Source: Gammaproteobacteria bacterium (GTDB taxonomy: Bacteria > Pseudomonadota > Gammaproteobacteria > JBIOEC01). From it: 32,000 nt of DNA. Location: NCBI GenBank assembly GCA_965279305.1, contig OZ257143.1, positions 660,001-692,000 of the forward strand. The letters are read 5' to 3'. A model generated the notes under the pieces. That model did not search any database. It saw nothing but the letters and a program-made list of their open reading frames with translations, and was not told the origin of the DNA. Below are positions 8,903 through 16,940 of the stretch, in pieces (within the stretch, counting starts at the first letter, position 1; each line of letters opens with the position of its first letter). A program made the position numbers and the translations under genes.

Positions 8903-9773
8903 TATGCAATTACCATCAACAAACTTAAAAACAGAAGCTATCATAGAAACCTTAAGCTACGTAAAACGTTTTTCAGGCCAACGTATTTTAATCAAATTAG
9001 GTGGTTCTGTATTAGATGACCAGGCTTTGATTAACGATCTGTGCATGGACTTTAGCTTATTAAGAGCGGCAGGTATTTCATTAGTCGTTGTGCATGGCGG
9101 AAGTAGAGCTATTGAACAACAGCTGAAACTGAATCAAATAGAATCGACTTTTGTAGATGGATTGCGCGTTACAACACCTGAGATGATTAATATTATCGAA
9201 ATGGTGTTATGCGGAAATATTAATAGAAATTTGGTAAGACATTTAAATGCATCGGGTGTATCGGCTATTGGTTTATCAGGAACGGATAACTGGATGCTGC
9301 AATGTGAACGTATTAGCCCTGAATTAGGTGAAGTAGGAAAAATTACGCAAATAGATACTACGTTAATTGATAGATGTTTGGATGATCAACAGCATCGCTT
9401 TTTAGGGCATATTCCCGTTATTGCGCCACTAGGTGTTGATAAAAATGGAAATGCCTTAAATGTAAATGCTGATTGGGCAGCTACCGTTATTGCCCAAGCG
9501 TTAAATATTGATAAGCTTATTTATTTAACCGATCAAACGGGTATTTATGATAATAAGGGAGAATGTATTTCTACTATTAATCATCAAGGTTTACAGCAGT
9601 TAATTGATACGGAAGTGGTTAAAGAAGGAATGTTAACCAAAGTCAGAACAATTATGGATGCATTAGAAGCCGGTATGGAATATATTCATATTATTAATGC
9701 GAAAAAACCGCATAGCTTAATTGAAGAATTGTTTACCGATAAAGGGATCGGAACATTGTGTTTAAAACAGTAA
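8883..9773 (+). CDS. argB: Acetylglutamate kinase (start ambiguous: in-frame ATGs at 8883, 8892 and 8904)
   Basis: ILIKLGGSVL amino-acid-kinase motif and an N-terminal helix of the long ArgB type. The 8883 start overlaps argJ by 20 bp. The 8904 start lies 1 nt after the argJ stop. Confidence 0.9.
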   Translation: MRTMALNMQLPSTNLKTEAIIETLSYVKRFSGQRILIKLGGSVLDDQALINDLCMDFSLLRAAGISLVVVHGGSRAIEQQLKLNQIESTFVDGLRVTTPEMINIIEMVLCGNINRNLVRHLNASGVSAIGLSGTDNWMLQCERISPELGEVGKITQIDTTLIDRCLDDQQHRFLGHIPVIAPLGVDKNGNALNVNADWAATVIAQALNIDKLIYLTDQTGIYDNKGECISTINHQGLQQLIDTEVVKEGMLTKVRTIMDALEAGMEYIHIINAKKPHSLIEELFTDKGIGTLCLKQ

Positions 9774-9789
9774 ATAAGAGGAGAGAGTC

Positions 9790-11028
9790 ATGAGTAAAGG
9801 TAAAATTGTATTAGCATATTCCGGCGGATTAGATACGTCAGTTGCTATTCGTTGGCTACAAAAAGAATATGATTATGATGTTGTTGCTGTGGCATTAGAT
9901 GTGGGCGAAGGAAAAGATTTAGATTTTATTCGTGAAAAAGCATTGAAGATTGGTGCGGTAAGTAGTTATGTAGTTGATGCCAAAAAAGAATTTGCTAATG
10001 AATATATTGCTCATGCATTACGTGCTAATTGCTTATATGAAGGCGTATATCCTTTAGTATCTGCATTATCACGTCCATTAATCGCTAAAAAATTAGTGGA
10101 AATTGCTAAAAAAGAAAATGCAGTAGCAGTTGCACATGGTTGTACTGGAAAAGGAAATGATCAAGTACGTTTTGATGTGGCATTTATGGCGCTCGACCCT
10201 ACTCTTAAAATTGTGGCTCCTGTTCGTGAAGCACCAAAATCGAGAGAAGAAGCAATTGAATACGCACATGAACACGATATTCCTTTGCCTATTAACTTGG
10301 TTAATCCATTTAGTATTGATCAAAACTTATGGGGAAGAAGCTGCGAATGTGGTGTATTAGAAGATCCGTGGGCAGCTCCTCCTGAAGAAGCGTATGCCTT
10401 AACGTCTTCTGTAGAAAATGCGCCTAATACGCCAGAAGAAATTACCATTGAATTTGAACAAGGCTTGCCTACTAAATTAAATGGTAAAGCATTAGCGTTT
10501 GAAAATTTAATTGTAGAGCTTAATCAAGTTGCCGGTAAACATGGTGTGGGTCGTATTGATTGGGTGGAAAATCGTTTAGTAGGTATTAAATCTCGTGAGA
10601 TTTATGAAGCACCTGCTGCCATGACGTTAATTAAAGCGCATCAAGCGTTAGAAGGCTTATGTTTGCCTGGTGATGTGGCGCATTTTAAACCTATTATTGA
10701 ACAAAAAATTGCTCAAACGATTTACAATGGCCAATGGTATTCACCTATTTTTGAAGCGCTCAATGCGTTTATCAAAGAAACTCAAAAAACCGTGAGTGGT
10801 GAAGTAAGAGTTAAATTGTTTAAGGGAACGTCTACCGTAGTAGGCCGTCGTTCAGCAAACTCATTATATAAATTTGAGTTGGCTACTTATAATACGCAAG
10901 ATCAATTTGATCATCACGCAGCATTAGGATTTATAAAATTATGGGGTCTTCCTACACAAGTCTTTAGCATGGTAAACCCTAAAAATGCAAAAAAAATGGA
11001 GCAGGAGAAGACGGAGGTGATGGTGTAG
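9790..11028 (+). CDS. argG: Argininosuccinate synthase
   Basis: [12 protein letters not shown]-pyrophosphatase motif, length 412 aa, strong GAGGAGAG RBS. Confidence 0.95.
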   Translation: MSKGKIVLAYSGGLDTSVAIRWLQKEYDYDVVAVALDVGEGKDLDFIREKALKIGAVSSYVVDAKKEFANEYIAHALRANCLYEGVYPLVSALSRPLIAKKLVEIAKKENAVAVAHGCTGKGNDQVRFDVAFMALDPTLKIVAPVREAPKSREEAIEYAHEHDIPLPINLVNPFSIDQNLWGRSCECGVLEDPWAAPPEEAYALTSSVENAPNTPEEITIEFEQGLPTKLNGKALAFENLIVELNQVAGKHGVGRIDWVENRLVGIKSREIYEAPAAMTLIKAHQALEGLCLPGDVAHFKPIIEQKIAQTIYNGQWYSPIFEALNAFIKETQKTVSGEVRVKLFKGTSTVVGRRSANSLYKFELATYNTQDQFDHHAALGFIKLWGLPTQVFSMVNPKNAKKMEQEKTEVMV

Positions 11029-11707
11029 GCGCTGCAACTAGAATATAGGGATCGCCATCTCTGACAGGAACTGTAGCATCATATAAGTCATGAGATCCTT
11101 GTAAAGAGTGTTTCTCGACAAAAACCCAATCGGGGTTGGGTGACTTAGCTCTGGGTTCAGTTCCTAGTATTTGCGCATCAGTTAATTCTAGATCTATCAC
11201 TAGCTGCGGGATTTTTTTAAGTTCCGCTATTTTTTTATCGGAAAGAGTATTTCCACTAATATGCAATGTAAATGAATCGTATTTTTTAAGGGCAGGAATA
11301 AGCAGAGTAATTCCTGCATCCGTGATAAGGTTATTACGCAAATCTAAGGTTTGTAGCTTTGGAAAATGAACACTCAGAAAAGCAGCTAGAGATTCAATGG
11401 CGATATCCCGAATTTCATTATGTGCTAAACCTAAGAAGGTTAATGGTGAAGCAGGAGACATGGAGCGGAATATCTCTAGCAGGGTAACAAGGCCAGCCTG
11501 TCCTAAATGGTTATTAGCAAGTTCTAAATTACGCAGTGCTGTTAAGCGTTGTGAGTAAGGAGCTAATTCTTTAATGCATAAAGGACTGAGTTGGTTTCCA
11601 TTTAATAGTAATTCTTCTACTGGAAGGTTGGTAGATAATTGGGGAAGAACTTGGTTACAAAAGTTGTTATAGCCAAGCTTTTTATTAGAGTAGTTTATTA
11701 CTTTCAT
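10979..11707 (-). CDS. Eukaryotic-like leucine-rich repeat protein (ribonuclease-inhibitor/RNI-type LRRs) with a Pro/Ser-rich tail
   Basis: Repeats of about 28 aa: [88 protein letters not shown]-terminus [19 protein letters not shown]. The last 50 nt are antisense to the argG 3' end. Confidence 0.85.
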   Translation of the reverse strand: MKVINYSNKKLGYNNFCNQVLPQLSTNLPVEELLLNGNQLSPLCIKELAPYSQRLTALRNLELANNHLGQAGLVTLLEIFRSMSPASPLTFLGLAHNEIRDIAIESLAAFLSVHFPKLQTLDLRNNLITDAGITLLIPALKKYDSFTLHISGNTLSDKKIAELKKIPQLVIDLELTDAQILGTEPRAKSPNPDWVFVEKHSLQGSHDLYDATVPVRDGDPYILVAAPTPSPPSSPAPFFLHF

Positions 11708-11786
11708 ATACTTACTCCAAACACAGATGTATTTTGAGTATAAAGGAAAAATTAGAAAAAAACATCAAGACTAAAAAGGCGATATT

Positions 11787-13241
11787 ATGGATACAAAACT
11801 ATGGGGCGGGCGGTTTACTAAACCTACACATAATATGGTAGATGAATTTAATGCCTCTATTCAATTTGATTATTTGCTTGCTAAATATGATATTCAAGGC
11901 AGTATTGCCCACGCACAAATGTTGGCGAAGTGTAAAATTATTACGGATGCCGAAGCACAGATGTTGGTGCAAGGATTGAAAAAGATCGCTTCCAAAATAG
12001 CTAAACAAGAAGTGATATTTGATGTAAAAGACGAAGATGTGCATATGAACATTGAGCGTTTATTACAGCAAGAAATTGGTGCTGTAGCCGGTAAATTACA
12101 TACCGGCAGAAGTCGAAACGATCAAGTTGCATTAGATATGCATTTATATGTGCGCGAACAAATGGTGAATGCGGTAGAAAAACTCTATGCTTTACAAAAT
12201 GCCTTAGTAGAAAAAGCAGCGCAGCATATTAATACCATTTTGCCTGGTTATACTCATTTACAACGTGCGCAGCCTATTCGTTTGGCTCATCATTGGTTAG
12301 CCTATATCGCTATGCTGCAACGCGATATTAATCGTATGCAAGATAGTTTTAAGAGAGCCAATATTTCTCCATTAGGTGCAGGCGCATTAGCCGGTGCCGG
12401 ATTTAATTTAGATAGAGAATTTGTGGCAGAGCAATTAAAATTTTCTGATATTTATCATAATAGTATGGATGCCGTGAGTGATAGAGATTTTGTTTTAGAA
12501 TTTATTTTTAACTCAGCTACTATCATGATGCATTTATCGAGATTAAGTGAAGAGCTTATTTTATGGTCTAGCCGCGAATTTAATTTTGTGGAAATAGACG
12601 ATGCGTATGCAACAGGAAGCAGTATGATGCCGCAAAAGAAAAACCCGGATGTAGCAGAGCTCGTTCGTGGAAAAACAGGAAGAGTCTATGGTGCACTAAT
12701 GGGATTGCTAACCGTTTTAAAAGGCTTGCCATTAGCGTACAACAAAGATATGCAAGAAGATAAAGAAGGTTTATTTGATACGGTTAAAACCTTGCAAGAT
12801 TGCCTTAAATTATATGCACCTATGATCACTAGTTTAAAAGTGAATGATAAAGTTATGCATCATGCAGCACAAAATGATTTTATTAATGCGACCGAATTGG
12901 CAGATTATTTAGTAAAACACAATATTGCCTTTAGAGAAGCGCATGAGATTTCAGGGAAATTGGTATTGCTCTGTATTGAGAAAAATTGTTTTCTGGCCGA
13001 TCTTCCTTTAAAAACTTTGCAAGAATATTCTCCGGCTTTTGGAGAAGATGTTTATAATGCATTGCGTATAGAGCAAGCAGTAGAAGCCAGAAAAGTGACC
13101 GGTGGTACTGCTAAAGCTTCCGTAGAGCAGCAATTAACGGATGTGCGTAAGCAACTGAAAAATACACAAGAGTGGTTGCATGCACATGCCGATTCGTGGA
13201 GTGAGCCACATCCTGATTTTTTGTGGAACTTAACTAAATAA
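11787..13241 (+). CDS. argH: Argininosuccinate lyase
   Basis: LWGGRF N-terminus, fumarate-lyase signature GSSMMPQKKNPD, HTGRSRNDQV. About 20 aa longer at the C-terminus than typical ArgH. Confidence 0.95.
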   Translation: MDTKLWGGRFTKPTHNMVDEFNASIQFDYLLAKYDIQGSIAHAQMLAKCKIITDAEAQMLVQGLKKIASKIAKQEVIFDVKDEDVHMNIERLLQQEIGAVAGKLHTGRSRNDQVALDMHLYVREQMVNAVEKLYALQNALVEKAAQHINTILPGYTHLQRAQPIRLAHHWLAYIAMLQRDINRMQDSFKRANISPLGAGALAGAGFNLDREFVAEQLKFSDIYHNSMDAVSDRDFVLEFIFNSATIMMHLSRLSEELILWSSREFNFVEIDDAYATGSSMMPQKKNPDVAELVRGKTGRVYGALMGLLTVLKGLPLAYNKDMQEDKEGLFDTVKTLQDCLKLYAPMITSLKVNDKVMHHAAQNDFINATELADYLVKHNIAFREAHEISGKLVLLCIEKNCFLADLPLKTLQEYSPAFGEDVYNALRIEQAVEARKVTGGTAKASVEQQLTDVRKQLKNTQEWLHAHADSWSEPHPDFLWNLTK

Positions 13242-13321
13242 CACAGTATCTTTAGGTATACTTAATAAGTCTGCTTTTGTACAATGGATGTTATACTGTG
13301 TAAAACACAGAGGATTTTCTC

Positions 13322-14824
13322 ATGTATAAACAACAATTCGATGACATTATTTCATATTTAAGAGCAGAAAAAGCCAAAAGCCCTAACACTGCCATTAATG
13401 ATCTAACCCGCATTTTAAACAACAGAATTCTCTCAGGATCGACTTCTCCTTTAGGGTCTGGAAATGAAAATGCACCTGAAAATCTTTTTCCTATTAATTA
13501 TGATGCCTTAGCTACTCTTTACTCTATGGATTTTCAAACCTTATGCCCTTGGTTTATGAGCGGAATTGAGTTTACACAAAAAGGACTTCAAGGAATCGAT
13601 TTTCAAGCCATTTTTGGCACTTTAGATCAACTCGATCCTCATCACACTTTACGTGAATGGTGGGCTAATGGCCCAGAATGGGAAGTGAATCAGTTTTTTT
13701 CTACCATTCATGAGGAAACCGGCAAAACCTATTTAGCCATGATGGTAGATACTATTTATCCAGAAGCAGCCAGTTCCGAAGAATTTCATATAGCAAAACA
13801 AGCTGAATTTAAACAGGGTTATTTAAATATGCTTGCTATGTTTTTATCTCAAAATATTCCCGCACATATAGGAAATGGACGCACTGATGACGAATGGGAC
13901 AATGAAAGCTTTCACTTAGAAATGTATTTTTCGAATGCTTTTAAAGGACTATTTGATCCAAAACGAGTTGAGAATGTAGCGCAAGAAAAAGCAACAGATG
14001 AATATGTGAGAGATAAACAAGAAGTGATCAATAACGTAATCAGTTCTTTCGTACTTTCTAAACCGCCCGCTAAAAATATTGCGCATGAATGGGAGCGAGA
14101 AGAAATTCAGCGCTTCTATCATTATTTGCATGATATTGATCAAAATGGAGAATTCCGCATTCACGTGGCGCTTTCACAAGCCTATAAAAAACCTTTTTAC
14201 TTGGAATTATATGAGTTTCATAATTTTAAAGTAGAAGAATTTCGTGCCGAATTACTCGATGCATTTGTTAAACAGTTGAGTGGAAATGATAAAGCTAAGT
14301 ATCATTTTTTACAGGCGCATGTGGGTGTATGCGAAGAGATTGTTAAAGGGAAATGTGGAGATCTTAAATTAAAAGAACACCAAGAATTAAAAGAGTCTTT
14401 AGGCATTGTTCATGATACAGCGCTTGCCAATCATACGGTTAATAATATTAATAAAGGTACTCCTGTGATTACAGCAGCGGCTAGTTTGGTTTCTGCGAAT
14501 GTGGCGAATTTATTTAAGCCTCGCCCATATTCACCTGCAGAAATCAAAGTATTAGAAAAAAAGGTGCTTAAAATTGTAACCGAAATGCCTCAACAATATG
14601 CCGAAGCGCATCCCAGCGAAGTAAAAATGAGTAATTTGGCACTGGTGATTCAACAGGCGATTGCTGCCATTGTAAAAATATTTGCTATATTTAGAGCAAA
14701 AAAAGAAATAAATCCTATGAATACTATTTTTCCTACTATGGAACCAATAGCCGACGTAGATTTAACGCAATCAAAAGCTTTACTTGAAGCAGAAACTCCT
14801 GCATCCATCGCTGTGCCTACATAA
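13322..14824 (+). CDS. Hypothetical protein, 500 aa, no recognisable domain (candidate effector located between argH and argO)
   Basis: Long ORF with AGAGGA RBS. It ends 11 nt before the argO start. Hydrophobic segment NLALVIQQAIAAIVKIFAIF near the C-terminus. Tail LLEAETPASIAVPT. Confidence 0.7.
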   Translation: MYKQQFDDIISYLRAEKAKSPNTAINDLTRILNNRILSGSTSPLGSGNENAPENLFPINYDALATLYSMDFQTLCPWFMSGIEFTQKGLQGIDFQAIFGTLDQLDPHHTLREWWANGPEWEVNQFFSTIHEETGKTYLAMMVDTIYPEAASSEEFHIAKQAEFKQGYLNMLAMFLSQNIPAHIGNGRTDDEWDNESFHLEMYFSNAFKGLFDPKRVENVAQEKATDEYVRDKQEVINNVISSFVLSKPPAKNIAHEWEREEIQRFYHYLHDIDQNGEFRIHVALSQAYKKPFYLELYEFHNFKVEEFRAELLDAFVKQLSGNDKAKYHFLQAHVGVCEEIVKGKCGDLKLKEHQELKESLGIVHDTALANHTVNNINKGTPVITAAASLVSANVANLFKPRPYSPAEIKVLEKKVLKIVTEMPQQYAEAHPSEVKMSNLALVIQQAIAAIVKIFAIFRAKKEINPMNTIFPTMEPIADVDLTQSKALLEAETPASIAVPT

Positions 14825-14835
14825 AAGGAATACCA

Positions 14836-15468
14836 ATGGATTTATCACTGATAGTTCTACAAGGTTTTTTAACCGGTATTGGTTTAATTATGGTGATAGG
14901 CACGCAAAATGCTTTTATTTTGCGTCAAGGTATTATGCGTAATCATGTTTTTTTGATTGCGACAGTCAGCTCTTTAGGCGATATTTTTCTGATCACATTA
15001 GGTGTTAATGGTTTAGGCACTTTTGTGCAAACGTCTCATACTTTGCAATTATTTATGGTGATTGCAGGTAGTATCTTTTTGTTTACTTATGGTGGTTTTG
15101 CATTTAAAGCAGCCTGGGAAAAACAAGTATTAGATGTGGATTTATCCGCTCCTCCTGTTGTTGATCGTGCTCTAAAAGTAATACTCATGGCTTTAGGGTT
15201 TAGTATTTTAAATCCGCATGCGTGGTTAGATGCGGCCATTATTTTAGGCAGTATTGGTGGGCAATTAGATACTGCTGCGCAACGTCATTGTTTTACTATA
15301 GGCGCCATTGCCGCTTCATTCGTTTGGTTTTACACTTTGGCTTTTGCGGCGTGGAAGTTAGCACCGTATTTAAGCAAGCCTCGTGTTTGGCAAACTATCA
15401 ATATTATTGTGGGTTTGATGATGTGGAGTATTGCCACCAATCTTATCTACGATTACTTATATAGATAA
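14836..15468 (+). CDS. argO: LysE/ArgO family basic amino-acid (arginine) exporter
   Basis: 210-aa six-TM protein that aligns along its length with E. coli ArgO (GTQNAFILRQGI vs GPQNAFVMNQGI; LNPHAWLDAAIILGSIGGQL vs [20 protein letters not shown]). Confidence 0.85.
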   Translation: MDLSLIVLQGFLTGIGLIMVIGTQNAFILRQGIMRNHVFLIATVSSLGDIFLITLGVNGLGTFVQTSHTLQLFMVIAGSIFLFTYGGFAFKAAWEKQVLDVDLSAPPVVDRALKVILMALGFSILNPHAWLDAAIILGSIGGQLDTAAQRHCFTIGAIAASFVWFYTLAFAAWKLAPYLSKPRVWQTINIIVGLMMWSIATNLIYDYLYR

Positions 15469-15469
15469 G

Positions 15470-16813
15470 CTAAGTAGGTGCTGCTACTTTTTTTGCATCA
15501 GTAGGTAAAGGTGGCAGTTTTGCCACTGCTGTTTTGGAAGCAGCCATATCATCGTCTGAGTAATCACCATCATCAGACTCGCTTCCCGAACCATATTCTT
15601 CAGCTAAGTTCACTCTATGCAGTCGTGCACCTTCAATCAGATGATAGCTTTTTGATGGATGATAAGATTCATTATATGTTTCATTAATTCTTCGAATTTT
15701 CTTTTTTACTTCATCTACGTTAATAGCTAAATTTAGACCAGTTACAGCACCGTATGAAGCTCTAAAAACTGATGCTGCATCTGATGCATTCACAGGTCTA
15801 ACCTTACCTTTAGCATCCTTTCCCCACTGATTAGGTTTAACATCGGTATATTTTTTATAAAATTCTGAGTCCATTCCATATACTTGCGTTAATGTGACAT
15901 GCCCATCAGTTAATAATTCAGAACTTCTTTGTTGAGCAGTGCCAATAGGTAATGCATTTAACGATGGAGACTCGCCTCTATATAAATATCGTGCAACTTC
16001 AATAATTGCGCGAAGAAAATTTAAAAAATTCAAGTAATCATTTTTAAAAGGAACGATCGTATGGCTGCGATCTCTCATTAGACTTATTATGTTTGTTTTG
16101 GAATTAGCAGCAATTATGGCATTCAACTTTACTAAAATAGATTTATTAGGATCTCCATTTCCATCGCCATAAATGGATGGTACTTGTATGATATCTCCAT
16201 CCGCTGAAATAACTTGTAAGTATACATTTCCGATGGGTTTATCTTGCTTAGTGCATAAAATATGGGTTTCACCAATAATATATACGGCTGTTGGGAGATA
16301 AGCTTTTTCATTAAGAAAATGAGCTAATGCAATAATAACAGAACGAGCATGATATTTATCTAATCTAAGGGGTCTATTTACTTGTAAATAAAAAGAAACT
16401 TTTTGGGTGTCGCCACCTGCTTTTTTATCTAAAGCAATTAATTTATTATAAATAGTTTCGGAGGTGGATCCTGCTTTTATTTCCCTACCAATTCTAAAAA
16501 AACGGTCGTTTACATATTTTTGAAGTTCAAGTTCATAGCTTGAAGCCGATGTAGCAGTGGAAAATTGATATAAGTGTAAAGCTTTTGATACGGCAGTTTT
16601 AGCTAATTCATTAGCTGCATCAGTGACAGTTTCATCATCTCCTTCTGCCGCTTGAGGTTCATCATCGTCTTGTTTTTTAACAGATGCTTTTTTGGGTTTT
16701 ATGATTTTTCTTCTAGGAGGTGCTGTGGATGATGCACCTTGATCGTCATCTGAGCTTTCATCATCAGAATCGTCCACAACTGGTTCTCTGGGTTTTAAGC
16801 GTGCTGGATCCAT
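15470..16813 (-). CDS. Hypothetical protein, 447 aa, with acidic Ser/Asp tracts and a basic NLS-like cluster at the N-terminus and an acidic tract plus PPLP at the C-terminus
   Basis: GAGGAG RBS. N-terminus DDSDDESSDDD..PPRRKIIKPKKASVKKQDDDE. C-terminus SGSESDDGDYSDDD..KLPPLPTDAKKVAAPT. The central ~330 aa have no recognised motif. Confidence 0.72.
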   Translation of the reverse strand: MDPARLKPREPVVDDSDDESSDDDQGASSTAPPRRKIIKPKKASVKKQDDDEPQAAEGDDETVTDAANELAKTAVSKALHLYQFSTATSASSYELELQKYVNDRFFRIGREIKAGSTSETIYNKLIALDKKAGGDTQKVSFYLQVNRPLRLDKYHARSVIIALAHFLNEKAYLPTAVYIIGETHILCTKQDKPIGNVYLQVISADGDIIQVPSIYGDGNGDPNKSILVKLNAIIAANSKTNIISLMRDRSHTIVPFKNDYLNFLNFLRAIIEVARYLYRGESPSLNALPIGTAQQRSSELLTDGHVTLTQVYGMDSEFYKKYTDVKPNQWGKDAKGKVRPVNASDAASVFRASYGAVTGLNLAINVDEVKKKIRRINETYNESYHPSKSYHLIEGARLHRVNLAEEYGSGSESDDGDYSDDDMAASKTAVAKLPPLPTDAKKVAAPT

Positions 16814-16889
16814 GATGATACTCCTCAGAAAATAAAAGGCTTTCTATGAAATTATCACAAAATTTTGATGGCTACAATAGTTTTTTAAT

Positions 16890-16914
16890 TTGAAGTCGCA
16901 AATTGCGACTTCAA
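16890..16914. promoter_or_regulatory. 25-bp perfect palindrome TTGAAGTCGCAAATTGCGACTTCAA
   Basis: 11-bp arms (16890-16900 and 16904-16914) around AAT. It lies between the ATPase stop (16941) and the start of the 447-aa ORF (16813). No U-tract follows on either strand. Confidence 0.4.
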
Positions 16915-16940
16915 GTGAGAGTCACTAGGGATAGAGTAGT

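Noticed and set aside
13251-13270. A PmrA-like tandem site (cTTAATatT repeated at an 11-bp phase, known for Legionella effector promoters) upstream of the 13322 ORF. A similar TTAGGTATA lies upstream of the 3230 ORF.
   Set aside because: Only one reasonable half-site (CTTAATAAG, 13261-13269) is present. The putative partner CTTTAGGTATA matches poorly, and at 3150 the shared string is simply the -10 region.
16890-16914. The perfect hairpin as a rho-independent terminator of the ATPase gene.
   Set aside because: On the transcribed (minus) strand the stem is followed by ATTAAAAAA, not a U-tract. On the plus strand the T-run precedes the stem. I kept it only as an unexplained palindrome.
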